Source: Octopus vulgaris (taxonomy: Eukaryota). Taken from it: a stretch of 64,000 bases of DNA. A model generated the notes under the pieces. That model was not told the origin of the DNA and ran no database searches. It was given only the letters and a program-made list of their open reading frames with translations. The DNA lies in NCBI GenBank assembly GCA_951406725.2, contig OX597818.1, positions 107,880,001-107,944,000 on the forward strand, in the 5' to 3' direction. Positions 51,560 through 64,000 of the stretch are shown in pieces (positions within the stretch are counted from its first letter, which is position 1; each line of letters starts with the position of its first letter). A program made the translations under genes and the position numbers.

Positions 51560-52830
51560 TTGGATTAATCATTTAAATCTTATTAAAGCACTTAAATTGG
51601 CTGCTTTCAAAGGTGGGTAATTTTAAACTTTAATGTTGAGGAAGGAGGAAACGGTTTTAGCAGCTGCCGAAGATTGAGGAAGCATGAAAGGAGCTTAATC
51701 ATAAATTTCGACAATAAAGGGAAGCAATATTCATCCCTCCATTCTTCTGAAATATGTTAAGCCAAACTTTTTCAGTTCTTCATTTATTATTTTGTTTTCA
51801 TTTGGAGGTTGATCTCGCAGTGTCTTTACTCTTTATTAATTTGTTTGTAATGTTCTTCATGGAATGAGCGAGAATCTTTCATAACTAATGGGTTAATTGA
51901 TTTTGGCCTTCATTCAATAACATTAGTCAGGTAGAGTTGCCTGAAGCAACTCTGATGTTACAAACAGTTTACAAGATAAAAAGCGCTGGAATCTCTGCTT
52001 TGGATGGCAAACAGAAATTTCAAATATTTATTGAAAATTCTTGCTGTTCTTTTTAGGAAATTCTCGTTGAATTATCTAGATAAATGCCTTCTACAGTAGC
52101 ATCACAATAAATGTCAACTATTTTGAGATATACTGAAGGATCATTGACATTAATTCTGCTTTTATATCATTAGGTTCCAAAATTTCTTGTTAGATAGAAT
52201 TTCTAAGAATCCCTTTCACTTCGGTAGTAATACGAAGTCTTATCATAATGAATTCTAAATACTTCTGTTTGAAACTCTGAATTAATATCAAGTAAAATGT
52301 AATCTAAGAAAGCAAAATACAGTTTTCTAATAGGATTTTGTAATGTCTCTAAAATTGGTGATGCCATAGAAGTTCATTTCCTAAGACAAGAGATGTAAAG
52401 AACAACACAAGTGTAGGCTATTGTTCTAAAGTTCTTTCTATATATCCTCTCAATAGAAAGCCATTTTGTGCAGTTAATGTGGAATATTTTTTCTAAGGTT
52501 TGGTATGTGTCAGTTTTTGAAATTCTTTAAGTTCCTTTTGGTATTTAAGGCTATTTCTCAAATACACAAAAGGATTTCTGGGAAATTCTTCCAAAGTTGT
52601 TTAATGCAAGCTTTTGAATCATCTAAGTACAACAAATGGCATATTCAAGAGTTGTTTGAAGATTTGATCATTTTTTACCAATTTCAAAAAGCATTTTACT
52701 CCATTTTTCCTTCTCATCATAACACTTATTTTGCTGCAGATAAATCCGGTTTGGAATTTCAAAGTTTTTTTTTTTATCTTTTAATAGTTTCAAACATTAG
52801 ACTGAGACTATGCTGAGGCTCTGGCTAGAA
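51560..52830 (-). mobile_element. Decayed hAT transposase, C-terminal half
   Basis: LPQSSAAAKTVSSFLNIK matches the hAT dimerization motif LPxSSAxxERxFS, and QHSLSL resembles CxxHxLxL. Many stops. Confidence 0.55.
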
Positions 52831-55142
52831 GAATTTTTGTTCAAATGAATCAACGCCAGGACATTTTTCTAAGACTGGTACTTATTGTGTTGGTCTCTTT
52901 TGCCAAACCACAAAGTCACAGAGACATAAACACACTAACATCCATTGTCAAGAAGTGGTTAGGACAAACACAGATGCAAGCACACACAAATACAAAGGCA
53001 AACCAGATGGCTGCACCAGAAGACCTTCTTTCTATAAATGTTCTAAAAATCTTCACAGCCTTGGTTTTTTATCCCATTCTGAAAAAATTTATATATATAA
53101 ATGGCGGTGCCCCAGCATGGCCACAGCTTCTGAGCTGAAACTAAATAAAAAAAAAAATATATATATATATATAGAGAGAGAGAGATAACAAAGGAGGAAA
53201 TCAGAAATTTTTGGGTATTATTTATTCACCATTACATGTGTTTCATGCACTAATAGGAACTACAAAGATTTACGTGTCAGAGAGACATGGAAGGAATTTC
53301 TTGTTAGAAATTCTTCAGGTGCAGAATTTAGATAATGTAAATTCTAACATTTGGATGAAGTGTTTATATTTAGATAGTTGTTAGGAGCAGCACAGATAGT
53401 CCTGGTGAAGGAAGAAAAGAGAGACATATACACACACACAGATATACCAGTACATACTAACTACCTACACAGCTATAGATAAATAGACATACAGACAGAC
53501 AGGCAGACCAAGAGACCGGCATATAGACAGATACCAAACTAGGTAGGTAAGTAAGTAAGTTGGTTAGTAGTAATAGAAAAGCAATAAGCAATGCATCCAT
53601 CTTGCATGGAATTCCCTGCCAAATTAGCCACCTAAAGATGGCAGTGATATTATTAGTACTATTTTCCTTGTTAGGCGCCGGCTACAATGGTAAAATCATC
53701 AAATATTTAACAAAGCCTAATCACAAACAAAACCACTCACAGACGAATGAAAGAAAATTGTCAAAAGTAATAATTAAAATTCCATGGTAATGGCAGAAGT
53801 ACTAGAACTAAAAGTCAAGTTCACATGAAATAAAAATCCCAATCTCTTTCAAAAAGGAATCCTTCATTGGACTACGAAGAACTTGATATATAAAAGAAAA
53901 ACGATGGCTGCATATTTGTTTTAGTTAAAAGTGTCCTCAACTGCAAGCTTTGTGATTGGCAGTGTTGATACTCATGGCTGAATTGAATTTTATTCTGTTT
54001 TTTATCCAGGATCAAATTATGTTTTTCTTATCTCCTCTGCTTCCAAAAGTCTGTAACAGTTGATTTATCCTCTCTACCAATTCCTTTCATAAGTTGTTTG
54101 AAAGTTCTTCTCAGAGAATGTTGATACGGTCGAGGCAATAAACTGGTCGAAGCATTAGCATGCTAGACAAACTGTTTGGTGGCATTTCATCTATCTTACA
54201 TTCTCAGTTCTACTTCCACCACCCAAGCCAGCTTTGTCTTTCATCTTTCCAGAGTTTGTGAAATAAGTAGCTGGGGTCAGCGCAATCGACTTACCTTTCC
54301 CACAAAATTGCTGGCCTTGTGCCAGAATTTGAAACCAATGTTACCAAAACTGAAGAACACCATCCTCTAAGAATTACTTTGATTCAGAATAGAACATATG
54401 TAAGGGTGCAGATGTGCATGAATATACACTGGAGTATCAGAGTCAGTGAAAAAGGGGTCAGGGTTGAAAGAGCTAAAATGGTGTTTATGCAGGGGTTTTA
54501 AAATGAAGTTAGGGGAAGGCTTGATTAAAGAAGTTAGTGTATGGGTGAGAGAGATGAGAGAGAAGAAGCATTGAGAGAAAAGTGAAATGGAAAGACTATC
54601 ACTGACCTTTAGTTGCAACGAGAACCAAGAGGCAATTGTTTGGGGACAGCATTGATTGTTATGTCATTGATAAAAATGGTTATGGGGTGGGGGATGATGG
54701 CAGTGGTGGTAATTATTGTATTGGTGAGAGTGAATATGCAGATGATGTGATGGTGCTATAATACTGTCGACTACCACCTATGACAATGACAGTGACCATG
54801 ATGATGATGGTGATGATGATGATGATGATGGTGGTGATGGAGGTGGTGGTGGTGGTGGTTTTGATGATGATGATGATAATGATGATGATAGTGGTGGTAA
54901 TGGTGATGGTGGTGTTAATAAGTGTAAATTTGAGGATGAGGTTGTTGAAGAAGAGAATTGTGGTTGTGATGCTGATGGAGATGTTAAGTATAGAGCCCGG
55001 GGGGGGGGGGTGACTCAATAGCAACTGGGAAAGAGTAAATCTTAGATGAAGGGGGAATCGCTCATTAGCAATGCATCAAAATAAAATGCATGAAAGCCTA
55101 CACACACACACACTCATTATATAAATATGATATACATCTATG

Positions 55143-55173
<31 letters not shown>

Positions 55174-55815
55174 ACACACACGCACATGAGTATGTGTAAT
55201 GCGTTCGCACATTTCAAATTTAAAGAAAATTTTGAATTTGAAAAAAACTTGATTGAAACTAAAACCGTTTTGAAAATTTAATTAATTAAAGTTAAAGAAA
55301 GTTGGTGGTGAAGGTGGTGATTGTGTGGGGATGTGGGTGTGGTCCATTTGAGACAAAGTGGAAATGCAGTTTTGCAACTGTAGTAAAAATAATTGAAAAA
55401 TTTACAGTTGAGTTAGCAAAGACAATGACCTGATTAAGACAGTGAGAAAGATCTGTTGCCAGACTTGAGTTGCCCTTAAAGATTTCCAAAGAGGAACTCT
55501 AGAAAGAATTTGACAATAGTCAGTAAACCTTAATTAAGAAATTTTCCAGCTAATTCTGTTTAATTTCATTCTTGTGTTTCCATCTAGATTAAGATCCATT
55601 TAGAGGTTTTGTTATTTAAGTAAAAAGAAATGGTTTAACTCAGAACTGAAATCATGTCACCAGTTTAACTCACTAAAATCTTGTATTTATTTCTGCATAC
55701 ATGTACCACTGACATATATATGCAAGCCCTCTTTTCTCTCCCAACATGCAAGCACATTCATATACAAGCATATATATTAGATAATAAATCATGTGGCATA
55801 CACCTGGTAGCTTAC

Positions 55816-56018
55816 TGGTAAAGCACGTTCACTTTCACAGTGTTCTTTAAGTATTTGATTAAAGAGAGACACAAAAGACATATCTACACTGTTGGATGCT
55901 CCTGAACCAGTTGTTAAGTATCCGACTCCTGAGGGAACAATGCTAGATGGGTCGTCGAAACAATTGTAGGGATTAATAAACATTAATGGCAGCTTGTATA
56001 GTGATATGTCTGGTGATG
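55816..56018 (-). CDS. Candidate internal coding exon of an unidentified host gene
   Basis: AATAG acceptor, 203 nt open (phase 1 to 0): xSPDISLYKLPLMFINPYNCFDDPSSIVPSGVGYLTTGSGASNSVDMSFVSLFNQILKEHCESERALP, then GTAAGC donor. No TE motif. Confidence 0.6.
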
Positions 56019-57459
56019 CTATTGAAGATTGTGTGTGGGTGTGTGGATAATGGCATGTGGCATAGGTGCTGAGAGGTGGTCGATGCTAGTGTGTATGTGG
56101 AGTGGGAAGGTGTTTGTGAGTGTGTGTGTATGTGTGTAATGGTGTGTGAAGTGAGTAATGAGTTAAACAGTGTGTATGGGTGTTTGTATAGTGGTGTGTA
56201 TGTGTGTGTGTGGTGAGGGTGCTGAGGTAGGCAGTATGTAGGTGTGTAAGTGGAAAGGGAAAGCTGGATGTGGGAGGTGTGTGGGAATCCATGTGGGGGT
56301 TGGTGTCAGATGAAGTGAGGTAGTGAGTTGAGTCCATATTGTGCAAAGGAATGAAGAAAGAAGCTTAATTCGGGTCCACATGAAAAATACTGAGGAAAAG
56401 TTGAAAATGCATTAATTAAAAGTTTCTTTTATATATATATATTTTGTGTAATTAAAATAAATTTAACTTTTTTGCAACCGTGGAGAATAATTTTATTCTA
56501 TGTGTTTATATGTATGTCAAATAAAAATATCAAGATACCTTTTCACAGAATAAATGTTCATAGTTCATAATGTGAGTTTGACATATATAATTTATATAGC
56601 TATATATAATAAGAATGACAAATATGGAAGGAAGCAAGGAAAACATGGAGAGTCACATGTTGTTTCAAGCCATATTTGTAGAAGGTTTCAGTATATACAT
56701 ATTTGAACTCAGAACGTAATGACAGATGAAATACCACTAAGCATTTTGCCCAGTGTGCTAACGTTTCTGTCAGCTCGCCACCTTATCGAACCTATGGATA
56801 TTGACACACCAGGGTAGCAGATCAAATCCTCTCAAGAATTTCATTGGATCTAACTAAATGCAACATGGAATTCAGTCGGATGTACGATCAATTTTGCCTC
56901 TCCTCTTCTCTTGCAAATTGAACAAAAAGAATGAAAATAATAAAACAAAAAGAATGAAAATAATAAACAAAATTATGGTAATGCAAATTTAATTGTTAAA
57001 CAATTTGTTTTATCAAAGAAAGTTGGCTGTCATAAACTGGGTGTGATGGGTTAACAAAAGCTAATTCTCCACTTTCTTTCTCCTGTAAAACTTCTCTAAT
57101 TATATAAAATGAAATCCCAGATTTTGTTGCTCTGCAATTTCATGTCATCTTGCTTCTATGAAGATCTTTATCAACAATTTACAGCATATGATTTTTACAG
57201 AAGATAGTTGTGATTCTTTTTGCAAAAGATAGCGGTGGTGGTGGCGAGTGTTGTTTTTGATGTTAAGGTAGCAGTAGTAGTGGTAGTGGTTGTTTTCATG
57301 TGGAATTAGTGTGTTACACCGTTGGTAATTAATGTGTGTCTGGGGAGGCATGTGTGTGTGTGGGGGAAGTGAATGAGGTAACAAAGTGATATGATGCATG
57401 TTACATAGTGTGGGTGTGGAGTGGCATGGCGGGAAAGGGTAGCTGTTAATGTTCATGTT

Positions 57460-57965
57460 TGTGTGTATGTATGTGTATGCATATGTATGTGGTGTATGTA
57501 TGTGTATGCATATGTATGTATGTATGTGTATGTATGTGGTATATGTATGTGTATGTATGTGGTGTATGTATGTGTATGTGTATGCATATGTATGTAGTGT
57601 ATGTATGTGTATGTATGTGGTGTATGTATGTATGTGTATGCATATGTATGTGGTGTATGTATGTGTATGTATGTGGTATATGTATGTGTATGTATGTGGT
57701 ATATGTATGTGTATGTATGTGGTGTATGTATGTGTATGCATATGTATGTGGTGTATGTATGTGCTTGTATGTGTATGTGTATGTGTATGTATGCATATGT
57801 ATGTGTGTATTTGTGTGGTATAGTGTGTATGTATGTGTGTCTGCATGTGTGTAATATGATGTGTGCATGTAACATGATGTGTGTATGTGTATTTGTGTAT
57901 GTGTGTAGTGTAATGTATGTGTGTGTATGTGTGCATGTATGTGCATATGTATGTATGCGTGTGTG
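57460..57965. repeat. Complex (TATG/TG)n low-complexity repeat
   Basis: Visible directly; source of the H/T/Y and M/C/V ORFs. Confidence 0.9.
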
Positions 57966-58341
57966 TGAGGATGAAATACAAGAGATAGAAAGAGAGAGAG
58001 CAAGAGGGAGTGAGAGATGGAGAACAGTAGTTTGTTGTAAAGCAAACCAATTATCCAGACGTTTAAGTTCCAGAAATACAAACCTTATAAAACAGATTTC
58101 TTTCCATCAATATTTTGATCAAACTTGAATAACAAAGGGAGGCATTTGTTGGATGCTTCACATTTTCTAGAATCACTTTCCATTGGAGTTGATTTTAGTA
58201 TTTCATATTTTTTGTCCCATTTTAATAACAATTTGTAAACTACTGAAGTTTCCTAACTAAATCAACTTCAGTCCAAATCTACAACCTGAGCAACTTTCAA
58301 CTTGTCAGTTGTTGCACTAATTTATAATTGTATTTAATTAA

Positions 58342-58560
58342 CCCTTTCGTTACTGTATTTCTGTTGAGATGCTCTCTGTTTCTTCAATTACTTTAAATAT
58401 AACAAAGAATTTAGTTAAATAACTTAGTTATCATTAAGCTAGTGTTAGGAACATAAATTGTGACTAAGGTATGGTGGAAGATTTTAATTCAAAACCTATG
58501 AAAACAAGACATTTGTACTGAGAGCCAGAGCTGGTTTCAGTCAGGTTGGTAACGAAAGGG
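58342..58560. mobile_element. piggyBac-like MITE
   Basis: TTAA|CCCTTTCGTTAC ... GTAACGAAAGGG|TTAG: perfect 12-bp TIR and a TTAA-type target with one mismatch. Confidence 0.8.
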
Positions 58561-59140
58561 TTAGGAAAAATTATTATGAAAGAGACAGGAACTGAGTTGA
58601 TAAAAGTCCAGGTCGTTAAGATTTTACACTACAGACTCATGGTTCATGAGTTCAAATCTACTACTGGTACTTCTGTGCAGAATAATTTTGTATATTGCCA
58701 AAGTTCATCCAGGTGATAAGAATTGGTGCAGATTTGATCAATCTGTTTCTGATTTTAGTAATTGTTCATCGATTATTTTATTCTTCTTTGCTATTCTGAG
58801 TTCTGAATTTGTGCTGTAGATACAGCGAAATGCTCTTTACAAGACATCACCAATCCTGCAATTCTTTGTCGGTGCACAGCCACTGTAGCTGCCCATAGCT
58901 CTCTGCTATGTGTGAATTCAAGATTTAATAAAAAAACAGTATGTCTGTTTGCATGCAGACAGAATGAACAGAAAGAAACTATTTAATTCATTTGTCTATC
59001 CCTGGTTGTTTTATATGCCACCCTTTCATCAAGTCCACAACTGATATCTATATATGAAGTCTGATTAAAATGCATGAGGGCTTCTGCCATTAACAAGAAA
59101 ACTACAACACACATCAATTTGGCATTCAATCTCTTTGGAA

Positions 59141-59609
59141 CTAAACCAATTCTAAAGCTATACACTTTATCCAGCATTGTTTCCTTTGATGGAAGCATTC
59201 CTGGAATTCTATTTTTGGGAAAGTGAGTAGCTGCCTTGTCACATTCTCTTCACTTTCCTCATCTTGAAATCTTGTTCCTTTTGAGTAGGATTTGAAATCT
59301 GCCTTAGTTTTGTGGTCATAGCCATAGACCCACGATTCATCACCTGTATGAGCCTTTCCAAAAATTCTGTCTTCCTTGACACAATGAAGGAGATCCTGGG
59401 CAGCTGAAATCTGATCTTTTTTCAGATGACCACACTTGACACACTCTACTTCCAAGCACTGCCACAAACAATGGAAATGAGAGAGAACATAATTAGTTAG
59501 TGTGCATATGTGACCGAGGTCTCGGTCAATCTGTGCCAAGGGACTTCACCTTGTGTATCTTAACCCTGTTATCCTTGTAACAGCTTTGATACTTTTTGAT
59601 CAAACCTCA
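59141..59609 (-). mobile_element. Internally deleted mariner element
   Basis: TIR TA|TGAGGTTTGATCAAAAAGTATC. The ORF has TGDESWVYGYDHKTK joined to KGTRFQD..FQECFHQRKQCWIKCI. Confidence 0.85.
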
Positions 59610-60385
59610 TATTGTGTGATTGAACAAATTGTCTTTGACTCAACAGTAACTGCTTAGGAGAACAGTCACCAAACTTGTTTATTGACCCTCAAGGCAAATG
59701 GTGGCAGGTATTCCATATTTTCATTCTATGGTATATTTGAGATCCATTCTTCTCAATTATATAACTCGTGTAAACATAAAATCATAGCACCGATTACCTG
59801 TTAAGTTTGGTGCTTATTCTACTTGTGTCTGCATTGTCATTAAAACCACTTCCACCCTTCAGTGTTGGATCAATCTTCAAATTTCATTATTAAATCCATT
59901 TCTTCTACCAAAAGTATCCATGCCTGGAGGCATGTAATGACAACTTGTAAATATCCAGAAATTTGACTATGCCCTTTGTGAATCATATATACGAAATAAA
60001 TTTTAAGTTTACTTTTGCAGTGAGAGGAATTGTGAGGTGAAATTGCTAGAGACTGTCACCATTTCTTGATATGAACATTACACATATCTTCGTTATATCT
60101 CCATTACATTTTGTATCAAGTTCTACAACAGGTAATGTTCATCCACTACATAACATTCCCTCATACGTGCTAAACTCACACAACATTATTATATATAAAT
60201 GTGTGTGCATGCGTGTGCATGTGTGTGTGTATATGTATAAATGCTCCCACATGTATGTATGTGCATGCACGCTAAGTGTTTAAAAGCTCGTTGCGAGATA
60301 TGCAGTGTATCATTTTAATGATGAAAACCTTTACTAAGCCGCCTACAGAAAAAAATATAATTTTTAACATTAAGTCTAAAATTTC

Positions 60386-60452
60386 TTCCTGAAGATTGCA
60401 TGTTCTCTCACAAAAGTGCTTTGATTATGAAAATATTGGAAAACATGTAGAG
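60386..60452 (+). ncRNA. Degenerate type I hammerhead-like motif
   Basis: TTC-CTGAAGA-ttgcatgttctc...gaaaatattg-GAAA(A)-CATG-TA-GAG. Palindrome ACATGT, one extra A, weak helix II. Confidence 0.4.
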
Positions 60453-62961
60453 CTTATATTCAATAACCTTTCTTAGAACATTTCATGTCTGCAAGCTAAA
60501 ATTCTTTGCTTATATCACCAAATTTGGTTTCTTTTTTTATTATAAGTTTTCATTCCTTGTTTAACTTCCTTTTAACCCATTACACAAAAGACTGCTTGTT
60601 AAAAAATATTATCAATGATGATAATGATAATGATATAAATGATAATAATGAGAATAATAATGATATGATAACAATAGCCATGTCCAAGAAGAAAATTGAA
60701 ATAAAGAATCTTAAGAAATACAATTTCTTTTTCAACTATTCAAGAAAACTATTAATAAAATATCAAAAAAATATTAATGAACACCAGAAAAATTATTTCT
60801 TTTCAATTGTAAAAAGTAAGGAAATTATTTGAGGTTTATGGTGGAAGGTAGAAAAAATAAAATAATGATTTGTCTAAATATTTTTTGCCAACAGTAACAG
60901 AAATATTTTGCTAAAAAGAAAAATTCTATTTCAGCAAACAACTGGATTGGCTAGAATACATAGCAATTCTATAAGATTTATGCAAAATATACCGAAGTGT
61001 TAAAAACCGGAATTTCTTCTATGCTGGCACTGTCTCGATTTTCATTTCGTTGTCTTTTATTTACAAATAATTTCCTGTTGAGAAATCTTCAATTTTCTCC
61101 TGGTTATTTATCATGTACCAATTAGTCGTATGGAAGTGGAATTATATAGCAACAATTATCCCAGAATGTTTAGAAGGAAATTGACTGAATTTGAAGACAA
61201 GATTAAACTGGGAAGTGAAAAATGTATACTAGAAACATATGCAATCACTATTTTACAAGGATCTTTTAAGAGTCAAGAAGGAATCTTTTGTTAATGGCGT
61301 TAAGCAAAAGAGAGAGAAAACTTTTGGATAGGGATGCTACCTACTCTAGGTTGACATCTGGGTCATCTGTAGCTGGTATGCATCTTTTTTTGTTTGGGCC
61401 AGACAAGAGACAATTGGTTGATAGAAAGTATTTTGAATTTAAGGTGTTATGAGATAGCATTTTGGTGCTCTACCCGTTTCACTGTTGTGCTACCATCAAG
61501 AACAAGAGGCTCTTTCATCATAGGTTGCCTGTCACATATGGCAGGACATAATCTGGGCAGTGATGATGATGGCTTTAAAAGTATAATTTTTAGACAATAT
61601 ATTTGTTTGCACAGATTGTAAGCTCTAACAATGTTAACTAACCATTACTTGAAACCTTCTTGTTATCCATTTCTTGTGGCTACCATTTTTAGATGAGGGA
61701 CAGCTGTTGTTGAATGGTTATACAAATGATATTTCCATTCCATTGCTAATACTGGGAAGTATGCACTTTCTCTGCCTCTCAATCTCGTGCTTTTCTTCTC
61801 TCTCTCTTTCTTTTTTTTACACTCTTTGCTTTTCTATCTCTCCATCTTTCTCTTCATTGGTAAACTATTTCATTTATTTAAAAATGCAATCTCATGCGTG
61901 TAATGCCATGTTACACACGTGTACAAGAAGATAATCTCTTTGATTTCGTTATCACTTTCTAACTCTTTGATTGACGTAAATATGCTGCTTTTCTTCCAGC
62001 ACCATCTTGAACTCAATCAACTTTGGGCTCTGCAAGTCTCTACATCATATTTTACAATCCATAATAGAGGGATGCTTATAATTTGCTGTTGCCATTTAGC
62101 CCCAGGTCAGTCCTGATCAATCAGACCTATGATCAGAACAATCAATACTTAACTGTCTTAGCATCCTGTATCGAAGACTGCATTATCTTATGTGCCTTTC
62201 TTTCTTTTAATATACTAGGAAGGGAATTTAGAGAAATTTGGTTGTTATTTCTAGCAGAGCAGGCAATACATACCAGATTATGGCCTTTGGAACTTAGTAA
62301 ACCAAAAAGTATTAACTCTCTACAAGTATCAATCAGAACCAAATTCTTCTTTATGATCCAGCAAGACAGGCAACCAAATTCCTCAATGCCAACACACTTC
62401 TGATGTCACAGTTTTGCAGATTAGAATTTACACAATACATCTCTATCTTCTCCCCTTCCCAGCTACTTGTCTGGATATGTCAATATTGTGTCTTGGAGGA
62501 ATAAGTTCAGACGTGGTTTCATACATGTTACAATTTACATTCTGATATGCAGCTGCGTAGTCATTCTTTGCCATGAGAGTGGAATTGTTTTTGGTATTCT
62601 ACTAATGCCAGCCAGCTTGGTATTTTTATATTCTGGTTGAAAGTTTGTTAAGAAAGGTCAATGTGACAACCTATCATAAAAGTTCTGAGTTTTTCTAACC
62701 TGAAGTCATTCTCTTGTCATAGTTTCAGCAATACCAAAATTAATTCTGCATAGTTTGAACGTAATGCAGGATAAGGAATTGTTTTGTATTCTTGCCTCAC
62801 AGCATTCTGGTTGAATTCTTCAGATTTTCGTCCAGTATAAACCCATACCTTCATCAGAAGTTGCTTCTGTGACTTTCAATGGCCATTTCCCCAAAACTCA
62901 GTTGAATGCTGAGTGAAGGACACCATGTTTATTTCTTCTGATGTTTGTTGTTTTTGACCAC

Positions 62962-63496
62962 ATGTATGTATGTATATATGTAGGTAGGTAGGTAGGTATG
63001 TATGCATGTATGTATATATGCATGCATGTATGTATGTATGTATGTATGTATGTATGTATGTATGTATGTATGTATGTATGTATATATATATGCATGTATG
63101 CATGCATGCATGTCTGTATGTATGTATGTATGTATGTATGTATGTATGTATGCATGCATGCATGTATGCATGTATGTATGTATGTATGTATGTATGTATG
63201 TAGGTAGGTAGGTAGGTAGGTAGGTAGGTATGCATGTATGTATATATGCATCTATGTATGTATGTATGTATATATGCATGTACGCATGCATGTATGTATG
63301 TATGTATGTATGTATGCATGCGTGCGTGTATGTATGTATGTATCTATGTATGTATGTATGCATGCATGCATGCATGCATGTATGTATGTATGTATGTATG
63401 TATGTATGTATGTATGTATGTATGCATGCATGTATGCATGCATGCATGTCTGTCTGTCTGTCTGTCTGTCTGTATGTATGTATGTATGTATGTATG

Positions 63497-63528
<32 letters not shown>

Positions 63529-63570
63529 TGTATGTATGTATGTATGTATATATGTATGCATGCATGTATT
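62962..63570. repeat. (TATG)n/(CATG)n/(TAGG)n tetranucleotide repeat
   Basis: Visible directly. Confidence 0.95.
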
Positions 63571-64000
63571 TATGTACACACATGACTATAGACAGCATGT
63601 ATACATGTTCTCTTCTATTCTGAATTCTTTAAATTCTTCCTCAATAGAAGGAACCAGTTTTCTAACAAAGATTCAAAGCTTCATCATTGATATGTTGATG
63701 ACCAAAACAACATCACATTATAAACCTGAGAAAAGTCTTGCATATTTTTATTGTTCTATTTAGATTTTTGGTTAACATCTTTTTTCAGAAAATCCCAGCT
63801 TTCCCTAATTGTCCCTTAAACATTTACTGATACAATCAATTGTACAATGAACTGTTATTTGTGTAAATATGAGTTTATAACTTTGGTAAAGAAGCTAAAG
63901 GTTTCAGAGCAGTTACCCTCTTCCTCCTAAATTTTCAAAGAGATATTCACATCAACAAAGCAGCTGACCTCTGTGATGGTTACGGTTTCTCATCTGGCCA

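Noticed and set aside
55431-55498. Short minus-strand exon candidate SSSLEIFKGNSSLATDLSHCLNQ
   Set aside because: Weak GTCATT donor and no independent support.
165-63763. Most ORFs in the six-frame track (YI, CV, HT, MYVC, poly-K/E/R)
   Set aside because: They are translations of microsatellites or SINEs, with no domain content.

Overview
AT-rich, microsatellite-dense eukaryotic DNA. The SINE and microsatellite landscape is most consistent with an octopus genome (inference). Nearly all ORFs in the supplied track are translations of simple repeats. The window is a mosaic of transposable elements: tRNA-headed SINEs, RTE-tail retroposons, a young rearranged RTE LINE, older RTE and Tx1-like fragments, mariner and hAT fossils, MITEs, two non-autonomous Helitrons and many Penelope-like element (PLE) remnants. 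Two or three candidate minus-strand exons of an unidentified host gene are present. The main hidden signal is nine type I hammerhead-ribozyme (HHR) motifs from about seven unrelated sequence families, mostly with palindromic helix III and often in inverted tail-out arrangements. They include a ~350-bp non-coding HHR element present as two circularly permuted copies, a candidate cephalopod retrozyme. All motif calls and coordinates were read by eye; no search or folding program was run.
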